This document shows, in pieces, positions 61,680 to 64,000 of a stretch of DNA of 64,000 nucleotides. The number at the start of each line of letters is the position of its first letter. Position 1 is the stretch's first letter. The notes below the pieces were generated by a model that made no database searches, was not told where the DNA came from, and saw only the letters and a list, made by a program, of their open reading frames with translations. The DNA is taken from positions 56,112,001-56,176,000 of the forward strand of contig OZ076409.1 in NCBI GenBank assembly GCA_964187785.1, given 5' to 3'. This stretch comes from Amphiscolops sp. MND2022. Lineage: Eukaryota. Made by a program: the position numbers and the translations under genes.

Positions 61680-63725
61680 ATTCCAATAGCTCCTTTTTGT
61701 GAGCAGTTAACAATCTTAGTTGTTCAAACAAGATGAGATGACGCAAGTTCCCATGAGTTCAATTAAACCGTTCAGTTTCTTTGATAAAGTCAGTCAGTTT
61801 CTTGGTTTGTAGAGCTTCCGACAGGGAGCCCCTAATTTGCCATTTTTCTCTAGGCTCCTTGTACATGTTGCAGAAGAGGTCTTCATTAAAACCACAGCAG
61901 CATCTTAAAGAGGGTGCTTTCCAGATTTTGTGGAGAAAACCGTTTAGGTTGCTGTGGCCTGATATTAGTCTGAAAGTGTCTACCACGTCTTTCCGTGAAA
62001 ATCTGAACTGCATTTGATTTTTGTGGTTGTGTGGAACTGGCGGGGTCTCACATTGATGGGTCCAGTATCTCTGCCAAAGTCCCTCACATTGATGGGTCCA
62101 GTATCTCTGCCAAAGTCCTAATTCATAATATTCGGTTTCAGCTTGGTTGTCTGTAAAGGTGTAGGCTGTCAATTCATTTGTATCAATGTTTCTGTTTGTT
62201 CTTGAGGTTGAATTTCTATGCCAAAAAACATTTAAGGACATTTTTGTCGCGTCTAATTTTCGGGTTTGTGTCGGCATTTTCAAGAGTGTATATTTTCATG
62301 TAGTCCTTTGTGCTGAGAACTTTCGATAAGAATTTGATTGTGTGAGTTTTTGAATTTAGATGTCTACAGGTTTGGCCCCTGTCATCAGTTCCAGATTCCT
62401 GACAGCCGGTGTGCTGTAGCATCCGGTGGCTGTGTGAAAAACAGTGTTTTGTAATTCGCTAATTTTACTGCGGTTTCCATTATTCCAGGCCGGAAGACCG
62501 TAAAAGACGTTCGGTTGAATAACGCATCTGTATAGTTTAATGATTGTTTTCTTATTCAAACTGTTTGTTATCTGACAAAAATGCTTGAGTCTGGCCCATT
62601 CAGCCGAGGTTTTTTTCTTGCGGTCGTGATGGTTTCGTTGACAGCGCCAATTTCTATTCCCGTGAGAACCAGTCTTTCTTTCACTACCTTCGTGCCTTTG
62701 TGGGCGAAACTTTGAGCTTGTTCCAATTTCTCTTTGGACAAGTTGATGGGAAGAAAAACCGTTTTCGAGACGCTGATTTTAATTCTATTCCAGAAGCACC
62801 ATTTCGTGACCTGTTGGATGGCTTCAGACGCTTTCAGAAGCTGTATATGACTCGACTAAGAGTGTAGTGTCATCGGCATATTTGTAGTGGGTAAGTGTAG
62901 GGTCGATAACTATATCGATTATAAAATTGATTAAGAGTAAAGGGGATAGAATAATTGCTTGCGGTACGCCAAGTTCACAACTAAACTGCGGCGAAACGGT
63001 GTCGCCGATTTGAATGCGAATAGCTCGGGAGGAAAGCTAATCATGAATCAGTCGGGAACGTTTTCCGACAATTCCTACGTTTATAAGTTAAACAGTCATT
63101 AAGTTCACGTCCACACTGTCAAAGGCTTTTTCAAGGTAAATCCCAACTAGGACAGCTCGGCGTGTTTGATAGTTGATACCACAGATTTCACTGAAAATTT
63201 TGTACAGCATTCGCGATGTTCCTCGTCCCCTTCGAAAATCTTCATGATTGTCATCAAGAGCATTATTTCTAGTTAGTATCCAGTTAATTTTAGCCGCGCT
63301 GATTGATTCAAAAAGCATTCCGATGTCACTAATTGTGTTATTGGCCTGAAACGTTTTGCTTCTAGATAATCTTTTTTGCCATTTTTGGGAGAAAAAATAA
63401 TTCTCCTTTTCGCCAATTTGGTAGCCTAGTTTTGGTGATCACAGCTTGCAGTCGATCAGTTTCACAGAACTTCTGGCTTATAAGGTGTTCCCCGTGGAAG
63501 AAAGATCTTTTTAGAACTTCCATTCTTTCTTCTGCGGAAGAGACAATTTTCCTTCATGGTTTTTGAGAGCCCCTAGAATTGTTTTGTTTCTGTCCGCAAT
63601 GAATCGTTGATATTTCTTCCAGAAGTCTGGCCCTGATGTTTTGTTCAGATTTTTTATGTTGTCTTGTAGCCAGGTGTTGCGTGAGCGGTTAAGTTCCAAC
63701 TTGAAGAGTTCCTTAAGTGACATAT
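61680..63725 (-). mobile_element. Degenerate non-LTR (LINE) retrotransposon RT region
   Basis: Fragments LEKAFDSV, GVPQ...LSPLL, KYADD, KLYRCVIQPNVFYGLPAW and C-terminal RLISGH..L...L......C.C. Many stops and frameshifts; 36-bp tandem duplication at 62047-62118. Confidence 0.88.
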
Positions 63726-64000
63726 ACTGACCATATACAGCTTCTTCTTACCCTGCGACTTAACACTAGAGGAAGGGACGTAGTCACCATCAAGCTCATC
63801 ATCAGTCACTAGTGAAAGTAGAGAGTAAAAGAACGCCTTCAAACTAACTGGAAAAGGCAGGCCACCTAATAATTTCAAGACAAGATTACCTCTTTCCTTG
63901 TTTCCAAGATAGTCAAGATCATTCCGGTCATCGCTAGCAACCGAGTGCACAGATCCAGGTTTCGCTTGACACTCCGTATCCTCATCATCCACGTCATCGC

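Noticed and set aside
63654..64000. Acidic minus-strand ORF at the window edge
   Set aside because: It is truncated by the window and has no recognisable domain; I cannot tell host exon from transposon sequence.

Overview
AT-rich, intron-containing eukaryotic DNA of metazoan type, dominated by transposons. I cannot determine the species. Host genes: (1) two tandem, complete 5-exon PGAP2/Frag1-like paralogues on the minus strand (A 12264-19990, about 285 aa; B 24966-33005, about 255 aa), with B's last exon duplicated inside a 1.7-kb tandem duplication; (2) a multi-exon synaptopodin/myozenin-motif gene on the minus strand (53550-59627); (3) an orphan ribophorin II (RPN2) exon with an in-frame stop beside a 200-N gap. 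Mobile DNA: a full-length but decayed BEL/Pao LTR retrotransposon (38242-46229, TSD CATGT, tRNA-Lys PBS) carrying an unexpected extra ORF with SGNH-hydrolase-like motifs upstream of gag; a 3.1-kb LTR element (49015-52090, TSD GACCC) whose only coding content is a truncated class-I fusion-type env; four families of non-autonomous Helentron-type (HINE/DINE-like) elements, several with tRNA-like Pol III boxes; hAT, MULE-like and other MITEs with readable TSDs; and two LINE remnants. No CRISPR array or rRNA gene, and no convincing intact tRNA gene. All family assignments come from motif recognition by eye; no database search was run.
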